From positions 26,870,560 through 26,934,559 of the forward strand of contig NC_134027.1 in the NCBI RefSeq assembly GCF_964204645.1: a stretch of DNA of 64,000 nucleotides, given 5' to 3'. The position numbers and the translations under genes were made by a program. This DNA comes from Tubulanus polymorphus. Taxonomy: Eukaryota; Animalia; Nemertea. Each line of letters starts with the position of its first letter. Position 1 is the first letter of the stretch. The notes under the pieces are model-generated. The model saw only the letters and a list, made by a program, of their open reading frames with translations, was not told where the DNA came from and ran no database searches. Shown here piece after piece: positions 38,795 through 60,965 of this stretch.

Positions 38795-40689
38795 ATGAAT
38801 GTTCCTTTACCCGCATTTGTGACGAAGGTCAGAAAGGAAATAGGAGTTCAGGTAAGTAATGCTGCTGCATGATATTAAGTTAATATATTTTAAGTCAATA
38901 ATAGCCTCCAGGTCTAGGTCATGAATAGTCAGTAACCTGGTCTGTGGTTTAGTTTCACGATCGGATATTTTCACAAACCACATGTTATAAGCCCATCTGA
39001 TTATAAAAAGTTTACCACCAACGATTAGGTAACTAACTATGCCCATCTGATTATTAAAAGCTTACCACCAACGATTAGGTAACTAACTAGGTCATGAAGT
39101 GGTCTGAATACAACCAGATGAGGTACAGGTTCGTTCCCTTACAAAAACTCGATGGGTTTGAGCCGTGAGGGGATACAGACTAATCAGTAATTACTTTGTG
39201 ACCTAGTCTACTTAATCTATATTGAAAAAAACTTCAGTTTGTTATCATTTTGTATATTTCAGCCGAAAGGTTCATCCAGTAAAAACTTTATACGAGATTT
39301 TTTGCTTCGTCATATCGAGTCATCGAAAACCAGCGGAGCAAAGTCTGAAATAGATGACGAACAATTCAGATTCAGAACGTTTTACATGGGCAACTATCCG
39401 GCGACTAATAAAATACCACCTCTACCGCGCAAAAAGAAATCGCTCTCATCTAAGGAGAAAAAGAAACTGAAGATTTATGAAATACCTGCAGATTGTCGAA
39501 GGTAAGATCGGAGTCATGAAATGAAGGCCGTATGATTAATGAAATATTGAGGTATATTTGTATATTTTCATTGTAGATATGAATTATATGAACCGATGAA
39601 TGGACTGTGGAACGATTATATGTGCGATCTCGTCAATTTTGATAAGTATGATTCAGAACCCATTTTCAAAGTTGTCCGTTCATTTTCACTTTTGAAATGA
39701 AGTTATTTATCACTGTTGAGTAATATCTAAACTTAAAACTGTGCAAGCAGCACCCAGTGGCCTGTTGCATAGTCATGGCTTAGATTTGAGACCAGTCTAA
39801 GACCAACTTAGTTGTTTAGCTTATATAGGCCTAACAAGAATGGTTTAAGACTTTTGAACCTAAGTCACGACTGTGCAACTGTCCCCAGGATACTTGAACT
39901 GAATTTTTCTGAAACTAATAAAATCAGTTATTGTTCATTTCTAGATTCAATCCTCAGAATAGTCAAGTGCTCGAGACATTTCTGAAAGCCGACTATCACG
40001 GATGTCATATGAAAGTTACTAAATCTAAATGTTCATCACTGATCGGAACTGAGGGCATTCTGGTTCAAGAAACTAAAAATACATTTAAACTCATTACGAA
40101 AGATGACAAACTCAAAGGTAAGAATATGGACCCAGTCGGGTGTGTTTGATTCCTCCTTATTTGCAACCAGTTAACTCAGTTAACAATTAATATAATAATG
40201 TGCGAGTTAAACACTGTTTTGGAAAGATTCTTTTTCTCTGATCCTCAACTCAGTATCGGGGGTCAACAACATTCGAGGTCCAACCTTAACCGAGTGAGGC
40301 ACAGTTTACATACATTGGAGTGAATCAAACCTAACAGAAAACTGTGGAGCTAGATCCCGAGCCTGGCAGCGCATCTAACTGAAGCTAGATCCCGAGCCTG
40401 GCAGCGCATCTAACTGCAGCTAGATCCCGAGCCTGGCAGCGCATCTAACTGCAGCTAGATCCCGAGCCTGGCAGCGCATCTAACTGCAGCTAGATCCCGA
40501 GCCTGGCAGCGCATCTAACTGTAGATTTCTCTTTCAGTTATACCGAAGAAGAATAGTGTTTTCACGTACGAGATAAAAGGATATGAATTCAATATAAATG
40601 GAAATCAGTTTCTGTGTCGAACTGCTGATAGATCAACTCATAAATTTGGCAAATTTATCAAATTTCCTCTAAATTTCAGTCCTTTGTAA
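38795..40689 (+). CDS. POP4: RNase P/MRP subunit p29 (Rpp29)
   Basis: Exons 38795-38851, 39263-39501, 39577-39645, 39945-40117 and 40538-40689. Motifs: RYELYEPMNGLWNDY, KADYHGCHMKVTKSKCSSLIGTEGILVQETKNTFKLITKDDKLK, VIPKKNSVF, GNQF..R.ADRS. AATAAA at 40698. Confidence 0.93.
39758..39885. mobile_element. PIF/Harbinger-like MITE (same family as 9797-9934)
   Basis: GGCCTGTTGCATAGTCATGGCTTA ... TAAGTCACGACTGTGCAACTGTCCC, with CAG on both sides. Confidence 0.8.
40348..40521. repeat. 35-bp tandem repeat, five copies (duplicated at 41866-42039)
   Basis: Unit AGCTAGATCCCGAGCCTGGCAGCGCATCTAACTG(A/C), lying just upstream of the last POP4 acceptor. Confidence 0.95.
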
Positions 40690-41003
40690 ATGACTACAAT
40701 AAATCATGGTTTTTTACAAGAAATTTGTCATGTTCCTTTTTTTCCTCAAGATGTGATCATTCAGACTTCACACCAGTGTCTAAAGGGGTTCCTTCGAAAA
40801 AGTGATCATCCAGGGGCTGAGGGGGCGTTCCGGGTTGCGGATATATAGTAATGGTTTCATCAATCGTCTTTGGTCTTTTTACCTGGCTTCATACCCACAA
40901 CAATATCTACAACAAGTCGAAGTTAAAGTCTAAACTATAAAGCATTTTATTGGTGCTTATGGTGAAACTAACAATATTCACATTCATCAGTACAGAACCA
41001 CGT

Positions 41004-41631
41004 GGTGGGATATCTGGCGCAGTTGTCAATCGTACTCAGCTGATTGATACTTACAGCATTAGCCGGGAACGCTCTCAACATTACTGGAGTCAAACCCTTA
41101 AATAAAGCAGTTGGTCCTTCCGTTTTAACGATATCTACGAATACACTACGAACTCCACGTTTATACATTCCTTCAGGAGCTGAAAATGAGAAATAGAGAA
41201 ATTATTGCCAAATAATAATGAATTAAACAGTTTTTTATTCAGTTCGGTTTTAGGTATTTTACCAGTTTGTAATCTTGACTTGAGAGTATCGGGAGCAATA
41301 GCACCGACCCAATTACACACACCAGCTCCACCTCCTGCTAACAGTATCTGTAGTGGACCCAGATCTTTACGACTAAAATAGCAACGAAATCATTAATCCA
41401 GCATTTTACTATGAACCCAAATTCATTCTTTAAACTAAGACAGTTATTAAGAATACAATGCTATGAAATATCACCACGAAACACATGAAGTGGGCGCTGA
41501 CATTGAAAGGACTGAGTTTATACACGATACTTACGTTCCACCTTCAGGAGTTAACTGATCTTGGAAGAATTCATAGGACGCAAAGTATATACCAGTAGCT
41601 GGAACATCTAAATATACGAACAATTACGTTA
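41004..41631 (-). pseudogene. Partial duplicate of SLC25A20 exons 6-8 (copy of 43773-44400)
   Basis: Appears identical at offset 2769. It lacks exons 1-5 and the last exon. Confidence 0.85.
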
Positions 41632-42521
41632 AAAGGTAAGAATATGGACCCAGTCGGGTGTGTTTGATTCCTCCTTATTTGCAACCAGTTAACTCAGTTA
41701 ACAATTAATATAATAATGTGCGAGTTAAACACTGTTTTGGAAAGATTCTTTTTCTCTGATCCTCAACTCAGTATCGGGGGTCAACAACATTCGAGGTCCA
41801 ACCTTAACCGAGTGAGGCACAGTTTACATACATTGGAGTGAATCAAACCTAACAGAAAACTGTGGAGCTAGATCCCGAGCCTGGCAGCGCATCTAACTGA
41901 AGCTAGATCCCGAGCCTGGCAGCGCATCTAACTGCAGCTAGATCCCGAGCCTGGCAGCGCATCTAACTGCAGCTAGATCCCGAGCCTGGCAGCGCATCTA
42001 ACTGCAGCTAGATCCCGAGCCTGGCAGCGCATCTAACTGTAGATTTCTCTTTCAGTTATACCGAAGAAGAATAGTGTTTTCACGTACGAGATAAAAGGAT
42101 ATGAATTCAATATAAATGGAAATCAGTTTCTGTGTCGAACTGCTGATAGATCAACTCATAAATTTGGCAAATTTATCAAATTTCCTCTAAATTTCAGTCC
42201 TTTGTAAATGACTACAATAAATCATGGTTTTTTACAAGAAATTTGTCATGTTCCTTTTTTTCCTCAAGATGTGATCATTCAGACTTCACACCAGTGTCTA
42301 AAGGGGTTCCTTCGAAAAAGTGATCATCCAGGGGCTGAGGGGGCGTTCCGGGTTGCGGATATATAGTAATGGTTTCATCAATCGTCTTTGGTCTTTTTAC
42401 CTGGCTTCATACCCACAACAATATCTACAACAAGTCGAAGTTAAAGTCTAAACTATAAAGCATTTTATTGGTGCTTATGGTGAAACTAACAATATTCACA
42501 TTCATCAGTACAGAACCACGT
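41632..42521 (+). pseudogene. Duplicate of the POP4 last intron, last exon and 3' flank (copy of 40114-41003)
   Basis: Appears identical at offset 1518 and begins at AAAG|GTAAG. Confidence 0.85.
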
Positions 42522-43481
42522 TCCAAATAATGTGAACTTTCATCATCTCAAGATTATTGGAAACCACCGCATAATAATGTTAGAATTTAGAATATTTCTT
42601 TACAGTTTCTACAGTAAATGTGCATAGGAGAAATAATGGTCCTCCGAATTCAAATTCCCGCTAAATAATCATCTATTTCAGTAGAAATGCTCGTTGTTTC
42701 AAATGATACATAAAAGTTGCATGTTTGTATTAACAACTCAATCAAATACTGCGAAAAGCACCGAAAAGTGCTTCGTTATTTATAAGAATTCAGAGGTAGA
42801 GTTTTAAAGATTTACAGCAATATTTCATACATCTCTCATCGCTCGTCCAGTTAAAGGCCTGTAGCCATTCAGTGATACAGTCTACATTCATCCAGAAAAT
42901 AATAATATTTTACAAGACAGTTTGTCTTTATAAATACTTTAATTCGAACTATTAATTAACAGCTACTCTCTGAAGGATAGCCAAGGGGTAGCCCTAGAGG
43001 TATACAAATGTACAAACTAACAGCATTTATCTTTAATTATGAGTTATATATCATACAAAATGTAAACTGCTTATCCATGAATTAGTCCTAAATTGGCTTT
43101 TTCTTCCTGTAAGGATTAAGTTTTTCAACATCTTTTAGAACTGATAAAATTGAGTAAATAGGACGATGAAAGGTCCTTAAATATGCATTACAATTACATG
43201 ATATACAACGCAAGATCAGATATTTTAGGTTTTCTATACCGACTGTACAAGCTTCTTCATTATAGCCCTATGAAAAATTTGGCATAGAAATGAACAAAAA
43301 TTTTCCGCAAAAAATGTCCCTTTTTATCGTAACGAGTGGCCCTGATTATTTCATCAGCTCAGAAATATCAGTTTCACTTATTGCATAAAACTGTGAAAGA
43401 CATGGATGGCATTTCCATGAATATGTATTCCAAAAATAAATACAAAAAACATTTGATCATTTCCTCTAAAAACAGTGATTT

Positions 43482-46019
43482 TTATAGATTTGGGAACACG
43501 TAATTGAGAGCTCTCATCGCCATTTCGTAGCCCAGGAAACATGCCTGAAAATACAGAGAAAATGAAGATCAGTAACGACGACTCAACTGTGGAAAGTGAG
43601 GGTTCCACTTGCGGCAAGCAAGGATCCACCAGTCGGCGACAATAAGCATTAGGGCGATGCCGCATTTTGACCACAATTTTCTTTGAGTTATTTTTACATA
43701 GAAATAAATTCTGTAGTGGGAGGCTGAATCTAGATAAAAGTTAATTGGTTGATCAAGTAGCGCACGCCATCTGGTGGGATATCTGGCGCAGTTGTCAATC
43801 GTACTCAGCTGATTGATACTTACAGCATTAGCCGGGAACGCTCTCAACATTACTGGAGTCAAACCCTTAAATAAAGCAGTTGGTCCTTCCGTTTTAACGA
43901 TATCTACGAATACACTACGAACTCCACGTTTATACATTCCTTCAGGAGCTGAAAATGAGAAATAGAGAAATTATTGCCAAATAATAATGAATTAAACAGT
44001 TTTTTATTCAGTTCGGTTTTAGGTATTTTACCAGTTTGTAATCTTGACTTGAGAGTATCGGGAGCAATAGCACCGACCCAATTACACACACCAGCTCCAC
44101 CTCCTGCTAACAGTATCTGTAGTGGACCCAGATCTTTACGACTAAAATAGCAACGAAATCATTAATCCAGCATTTTACTATGAACCCAAATTCATTCTTT
44201 AAACTAAGACAGTTATTAAGAATACAATGCTATGAAATATCACCACGAAACACATGAAGTGGGCGCTGACATTGAAAGGACTGAGTTTATACACGATACT
44301 TACGTTCCACCTTCAGGAGTTAACTGATCTTGGAAGAATTCATAGGACGCAAAGTATATACCAGTAGCTGGAACATCTAAATATACGAACAATTACGTTA
44401 TCATCAGTTCCAATCTACATTGGTGAAAACATTGGAAATGAACTGATACCTAATTTGAGTCAAATTGAACCAAGGAATTGGATCTAGGTTGAAATGAATA
44501 CAACCTAAAGGAAACAAAGTTATTTTTCTTTAATATTGTGTAATTGCATCCAGTTTTTTTACGAATGAAACTGATATTTACCACGTAGTAAAGTTGCACA
44601 CGTTCCCTTATAAACACTTCTGATGCCACCCTGCTTGTATAACTGTTTGACTACATCGACTGGACCTTTGTATTTTGGGTTTTTTTCATTTGCTTGAACC
44701 TGAAAATGATTCATCAAGCGATGAACACGTTTTTCACTTATAACAATGAGTTTGAATGCATCGCGATTATTAATACCTGTAGAAGGCATTTGATACGTTC
44801 ACCAGGAGCCATAATAGCAGTAGTGAAACATCCGGCTAATAAACCAGCTTTAAACTGCTGCTGATAACTGTGGAAATAAAATATTCATTTGAAATATGCG
44901 TATACAAAAAAAACTTGACCTTATATGTTTTGTACCATATAAGAAACTTATACATAGGATTAGACATGCAATGAATTGAGAAAACAAGATATCGACAAAT
45001 GACATTCAATAAAAGCAATTCAATAAAAAGTGTTCATTAACCCTTTCAGTGCGTCTACACCGCAATGCGGTGTACGAATCAGTGATGGATTTTGCTAGTA
45101 CATCGCACTGCGGTGTATTGATTTAATTAGTAATTACTAATTATCTCTCCTGAAAGATGGCAGCACCTGTCAAACATAGTGAAATATTAGTAACTAACGA
45201 TACACCGCGCCATGGTGTAGATGCACTATAGTGCTATTCTCGTTATTCAACACACTAAGGTGGAATTTTTCAGAATTTTCAAATTATCTTCAGCACATTA
45301 GGGTATTAATTAGCTAGCACTGAAAGGGTTAAACACAAATGACAATAAAGACGACCAGTTGCTTAGACGCAAATATTTATACGCATATTCGATACGTTGA
45401 AATGTAGCTGATTTTAACCCCACTACGTAAACATGTAATGAAAGAATTGCGGGTCGCAGTCGACCCACATTGAACGACCCTTTAACTTACGTTAGTTTAT
45501 CACCTGGTTTATTCTGTTGTAATTGTTTTCCCAGATTGTAACCAAAGAAACATATTGCGAATATCGGCGCGACCCCGGCTATCGGAGCTGCCATACCTTT
45601 ATATAATCCTCGAATACCCTGTAATCAATTCATAATACAATCAAATATTTCAATACATTCAGTGAGAAAGTTGAGCCGTTGTCAAGCGAATTCTATTTTC
45701 TGCGATGTCGTCATGCGTACCTCTAGTTGAATAGTTTTCTTTGCACAGTCAAAAGTACCGGAATAAACAGGGTTTTCTCCAGCTGCAGGGATTGGCATAG
45801 TCTGTAACCTAACCTGAAACCACAAATAATAGCAATCACTCAGCAGAGTTATTAGTGCAAACATAGGATACAACATGAATAGCAGAAAACTAAAAAAGAC
45901 AGCTGTCAAAAACTAACCTTGATTGTGTCGAGCGGTTGCCCAGTGAAAACCACACAAACACCTCCAAAACCACCAGCAAAAAATGACTTTATCGGACTGA
46001 CTTTATCTTCTCCTGCCAT
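43482..46019 (-). CDS. SLC25A20: Mitochondrial carnitine/acylcarnitine carrier (colt/SLC25A20-like)
   Basis: Exons 46019-45918, 45813-45721, 45618-45491, 44867-44777, 44699-44582, 44376-44304, 44141-44032, 43948-43824 and 43544-43482. Motifs: [58 protein letters not shown] and [17 protein letters not shown]. Confidence 0.93.
45041..45328 (+). mobile_element. piggyBac-like MITE (best-preserved copy)
   Basis: TTAA|CCCTTTCAGTGC ... GCACTGAAAGGG|TTAA, giving a perfect 12-bp TIR and a TTAA TSD. Confidence 0.9.
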
Positions 46020-46486
46020 GGTTGAAATACTGGGAATAACAACCAAATAATCGAAAACAGTTACAACCGGCTACAGCTGAGTGACATTCAGGGGTTACTA
46101 CTCAATCGCATGCGGCGCTGATATATACAAGTTCAATTCAAAGATAAATTTATTTCTATAGACCTTAATGAATAAAACTGCGTTCCATCCTTGACATCAA
46201 AATAATATTATATACACCATCATATACACATCCGCAATAGGAACATAAAACAAAGAAAATTGATAATGCATAAACACTGTGACTTAGGAGAGACTACATG
46301 GACGTAAATTAAATAGCAACCCTAGGCTTTAAAAACTTAATAACCCTACGCTTGGCCTGATGTAAAACGAACTAACCCTAACCCTAGGTTTGGACTGATT
46401 GTAGAACGGGGATATATATGGGATTCGAACCCCACTGGCGCCAAAATGACGTCATTGTGAGTTTCCATTGACGTCTCTCACCCATC
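46020..46486. promoter_or_regulatory. Putative bidirectional promoter (SLC25A20 / USP) with CRE palindrome
   Basis: The divergent ATGs are separated by 467 bp. AATGACGTCATT lies at 46445-46456, with a second TGACGTC at ~46469. Confidence 0.6.
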
Positions 46487-55724
<9,238 letters not shown>

Positions 55725-57075
55725 TGAAAAATACTATTTATACCGATAGTAAAACATGGATGAAAATGAAGTAGACATTTATACGTGCAATCCTCCTCTA
55801 GTGAAGAAGGCATTGAACAGTAATTCTCTTTTGCGTGATAACTCTTTTATACCTCGATGTTGTTAGTCTCTCTTTCTCGTATTTTCATCGGTTTCTCGTC
55901 GTAATTTTATCGGGTGCAGACGACGTCTGCGTCTGCTGCTATCAACGAATCGGAAACCGATTTATTTTGAAAATGACTACGACACTCAGGGGCTGTAATT
56001 TTGTAATCTTGTAGTAAAAACATCGATTCGTCGAAGAAAATCGACCAAGGACCAAATAAATGAGGAACCAGTTCCGTTTGACTTTAGGTAACTTGAGAGT
56101 CATATTGAAATGAGAACTTTGGAACTGGGTCCTGCATGTTTTTGGTCGGTTTTAACAGTGAAGCGTGTTTATTATGAACTAGAATATAACGATAAATGGG
56201 ATAAAACAAACTTAAGATAACGAGTGAAGTTAAAGACAATTTAATGAATTTCGTACTGGATATAACAAAAACTAGATCGCTTTTAATGAACAGAGTTTCT
56301 GGTTGTCTGAAGTTTGTAATTAACGAAGTTCTGCGGTATATAGAACTAGTAGTTATAACGAACAGATTTTCAGGTTTCCAGAAGTTTGTTGAGAGGTTTC
56401 ATTGTATTAAATCAGCCTGAATTGATGTTAGCGGAATCAGAGTGTTTCAGATGAAATTATTATGTATCATGTTGATACAACTGTAACACTGAATGCAGTC
56501 AAATCTGTGAATTTCTAACATCACAAAGACTTTCAAAGACTAAGTTTTCAGTTCAGACTGAAAACTGTATAACTGTAGACTGGGTATTTCAGTTGCTCCC
56601 ATTTGGTTGATATTTTCAGGGAGGTTCTCTAGCGCCTCCCTGATATATTTTCAAGTAGTGCTGTGAATTTTGTAAATATTAAATTTTATATTTATGAACT
56701 GTTTTTGCTGCTTAGTTCGCAGCGATAGCAGAAGAACCGGAGATGAATGTCAAGTGAGAACTTGTGTGTACTGACATTGAGAGGACGGCGAGAGGGTCAA
56801 TCAATACTAATATTCATTATATTACATGTGCGATTCAGTGAAATATTTTTCTGTATATTTTGAAGCATATTTTAATGAGAATTTGAATGTTTAAACGAAA
56901 ATGAGTAATTCACATTTTTCTGTGCATGCCACCTCTGCTTCAAACACTAACACGTGACTGCAGACAGCAGCTTAAGTTCTGCTTTATTTGAGTACAGCAT
57001 CTATTTGTAAGTTCTTTAATCCTTTATCTACTACAAGTCTTGTGCGTAGATTGTCTCTCAGATATTAGAAATAGA

Positions 57076-57268
57076 CAGGGGTGGTCGGATCTAGGAAAAT
57101 TGCAGGCCCGGGTCCAGAAGAAAAGAAAAGAATCTGAAAGGTTGCAATTTCCGAGAGGATGAGTTAAATTTTTAGGTTTTAACGATCTCTGTCTGGACAA
57201 AAAGGACGACCTCCATGTAAAGGCAAGGGTGCGGACCCTCGAGACCAGCCCCTAAATCCACCCCCCTG
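57076..57268. mobile_element. hAT-like MITE with an apparent 5-bp TSD (ATAGA)
   Basis: CAGGGGTGG..GATCTAGG / CCTAAATCCACCCCCCTG, with ATAGA on both flanks. Confidence 0.6.
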
Positions 57269-57977
57269 ATAGAATTCTCATCAATATATTGAAGCTGTAT
57301 CGGTTGGAAATTAATTTTAGGTGTGAATTGGATGTGGTTCGTGTGGTTTAAAATGTTCGTGAAGGATCAACTGAATTTAGATCGAATAAACGTTTTGTCC
57401 TAACACTACAATAACCGATTGATGCCTAGTGATTCGATAAAACACTGTTTCAGAGATCGTCGTAACTATTTGTAATTTTTCGGGCAACTTGTTTTTGTTA
57501 AATTATATACTGTATCTACCACACTGCGATCTCTTGTAATAGATAATACATTAGTTAATAAATTTGTGAGATATTATAAAGTTTATTGTATTGTTGTTCG
57601 TTAGGTGTTTTTAGTCTCCTGCTTAGGAACATTCAAACAATCTCCACCCTAACAGTTGCAGGTAGTACACAACACGGGCTGAACAAGACCCGAGCCCATG
57701 GCTTGAGATGGTTTTTCATATAGTAACTTATCTTTTTTATCACAATCAAATTGGTACAATGATTAAAGCTGCCCGGGGGGGATGATGGGTGTAGAGAATG
57801 GGCAAGTCCAGAACTTTATCAACCTCTGACCAGCAGTTCCTTTTGGGCATGTTTGCGCAAAACAACAGGACCACATTAAACCAAGCGCGAACATCCAAGA
57901 CACGAATCTTGAGCCAACAGGAGAATTATTGAGAGACGATTTATTTGTTAGATAGGAGCTGCTGCTTCTGTTCCTGT

Positions 57978-60950
57978 TCACAGCGACTGTTCATTAACTT
58001 GTATCATGTATAAATGTTTAGCGGTGAGAATATATATTCTATCATTGGTCGCTTGCATTCCTAGAATCGTATCGGTACATTCTAACGTAACTAACTGTTG
58101 CTTAGCGATGGCCGATACGGATTTCCCCGTTTTACGATTTCTCAAAGGAGTCAAAGTCGGCGACGATTGTCTATAAACGTAAACATGACGAACGCAGTCA
58201 CATAACACGGCGAACGATAAATCAGGCGAACACGTCGTGAACTTATTCTGCGTTTTCGAAGCTTTCACGTATCCGAGGGCGTTAAACGTCCCTACGTGTA
58301 TCCACGGCGATTCAACAATGTCGACGTTATCTTGCGGTTGCCATACGATACCGTCGACGTCGTGGCGTAGACATAACGCGCATGTTTTCTGATTGGATAA
58401 TCTCGTGTTGAACAACCACTGATGACTTGCCAGATCAGCCTAGAATATAAGTCAAAGACATTATCGCATTTGACATGATTCAATGAATCTATGGATCCCT
58501 GAATCCACAAGAGGATTATCCAGTGAATCTCTAGATTCCTGAATGTACAAGAGGATGATTCAGTGAATCTATGGATGAATATAGAAGACCCAAAATATTA
58601 AATATAAGGTTAAATCTGACTGAAATAATAATTACCTGATGAGTTTTAACATGAGTTTCACCATCAATTCTCACTAATGCAGACGATTCATCGGGAAAAT
58701 TATCACAATCCTCTAATTCTTGTGCGTTATACGGCTTTTTATCATCATCTTCATTCTCATCATCCTACATAGAAATAAATCACTCGTAATGAACCCTTAA
58801 ACTACCGGTACCAGGAGGTGAGGGGAGGTGAGAGGAGGTGAGGGGGGTACCTACCTCTTCCATTCGGTCACTAGTTTCAGTATTTTCTACCAGTTGTCCA
58901 CGTTCGTCCCCTTCAACTACTGTCGTCCACAATGTTTCACTTTTCTTTCCCAAAATTAATTCTAACCTGAATTTTAAAGCAAAACAGTTTGTATTCAACA
59001 CGCAGTAAATTATCGATACACGCCGTGTAATATTCATGGTTCATTTAAACATAGGTCTGAAAATTATTCTGAGGTCGGCTATAGAACTAAGTTGGACTCA
59101 ACCTGAGAGGGTTAAATCTAAGGCTTGACTGAGCAACTGAATCAATAGAATTAAGCCCAAGGTTTTAGCCCGAGATCTCTTCAGAAACAACTCGAATTAC
59201 AGGTTATTGCGCTAGAAAAAAACAAACCTATTGTTTTGAATCGTCCACGTACTAGCTTCCACATCGACACTGTTAAACAGCTTTCCGTTCAACAACGGCT
59301 CCATTTCATCATCATCCACTGATAACTCTATATAATCAGGCACTAGTTTGAATTTCACCTCGGTTTTTTGGTAAGCTCGAGGTAGATTAAAGTAAACCGT
59401 TAAATCCTCCGCAGTTTGATGCCATTTATAAACGGAACGTTCTTTTTTATCTAAAAACATAAATTCAGACAGCATTTTATTGAATTTTTAACGATATTCA
59501 GCTCAAAATTTCAAACTCAACGATGAAATTCATACCAGATTTTTCGATGTTTCTTTCTTCGATGGTAATCGGTTTCAGTGAATCGTACGTCATTTTGAAC
59601 GGTTTCTCAGACGCTACGTAAATCGCTTTTCCGTTTGTTTGAAGACTGATATAATCGACAGGCGCCGCACCGGTCAGTCTCCGAGTTCGATACAATTCCC
59701 AATGATCTTTATCAGCTGTAAATGAATTCAAAATGAACTTCAGTAATTCATACGATGGAACTGGATCCGATTCCTCAGGTTTGAGTTAAGATTTGAATAA
59801 GAGTTTAACTCATTGAAATTGAACATTAACTCGAACTCACTGTGGTCATCCATCCATTAAAGGACGTTCTTAATTCTAAAACTGAGGGGCCAGTTGCATA
59901 GTCATGGCTTGGGTTTAAGACCGATCTAAGATTAACTCAGTTCTATAGTCAATTAAACAACTTAAGACCAGTCTTAAGATTTAAGATCATTTTTGGACTT
60001 AAGTCATGACTGTGTAACTGTGGGTCCTGATATCCGTGAAGCTGAACTGACCTGAATTCACTACAGATAACCATTCGACAACTGTTTGGAATTTAGAATC
60101 GGAATCATTTTTATCAACTTTTTCCACGTGTAACAATATGAAATCAACGCAATGATTTCCTCCATTTTCGAACATGATCGATTCCTTCAGTATAAATGAC
60201 GCTTCGTCCTCAAGCGGACGACAGCGATAACATACCTAAAAATATTACACATAATAATCATTACCTTACCAAGTCTTAAATGAAGTCAATTATTTAAATA
60301 ATGTGAATTTTACCTTCCAAGTCAATCCATCAGTTCTATTACCGGTCCATACCAGATAGAGGTTACCGACACCGTCAGATAAACTCAACCAATCACGACT
60401 CATGAAACAAACGCACGAATGAAGTCGATTCGTAGACTGTCTCTGATTGGACGATACCGGAAATTCAAATACGATCTCCGCATTACTGATACTGTGACCC
60501 TGTAATGAGAAGATTATGCAAATTATCATGAATGAATTGATAATAAAGAAGACTTAAGACGCGTAGACTTACATTTTCAACATGAATCTGCATCAGTTTC
60601 AAATCAGAAATATAGAACACACAATTTGGATTATACGGATCCAGGAAAAGATGATTATGAACCGCAAATGCTTTAACATGTTGATAAGAGAATTGATTCT
60701 CTTGTAGCTTCAATTCATCAGGACCTGAAAATTTGTTCAATAAAGAAAATCGATTTATGTTTGACTTGAATATAATTTGTCGATCGTTTTTCGATATTTT
60801 TTAGAACAAGCTTTGAAAAAACTTACAAGAGGAAAGTGAGACTTTATAAGATGGGATCGGATCTAAAGATAACTTGTATCCCTCAAAATTGGGATTGACA
60901 AGATCTCTATTCAGCTTAAAACCTTTTTCCACAGCATCAGTCATTTTCAT
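57978..60950 (-). CDS. NUDCD1: NudC domain-containing protein 1
   Basis: Exons 60950-60827, 60724-60573, 60499-60314, 60235-60052, 59715-59536, 59450-59228, 58966-58855, 58764-58636 and 58439-57978. Motifs: LNRDLVNPNFEGYKLSL, LSDGVGNLYLV.TGNR, CS domain YKWHQTAEDLTV, YNAQELEDCD, LRHDVDGIVWQ and WIHVGTFNALGYVKASK. The start is ATG 60950 or 60944. Confidence 0.93.
59886..60027. mobile_element. PIF/Harbinger-like MITE (same family as 9797-9934)
   Basis: GGGGCCAGTTGCATAGTCATGGCTT ... TAAGTCATGACTGTGTAACTG. Confidence 0.8.
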
Positions 60951-60965
60951 CTAGGGCAATCTTAA

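Noticed and set aside
40348-40521. 35-bp repeats of CRISPR-repeat length
   Set aside because: They are head-to-tail without spacers, so this is a simple minisatellite.
46340-46390. Telomere-like TAACCCTAACCCTA
   Set aside because: Only about two units are present. It is more likely part of a dispersed repeat than an interstitial telomere.
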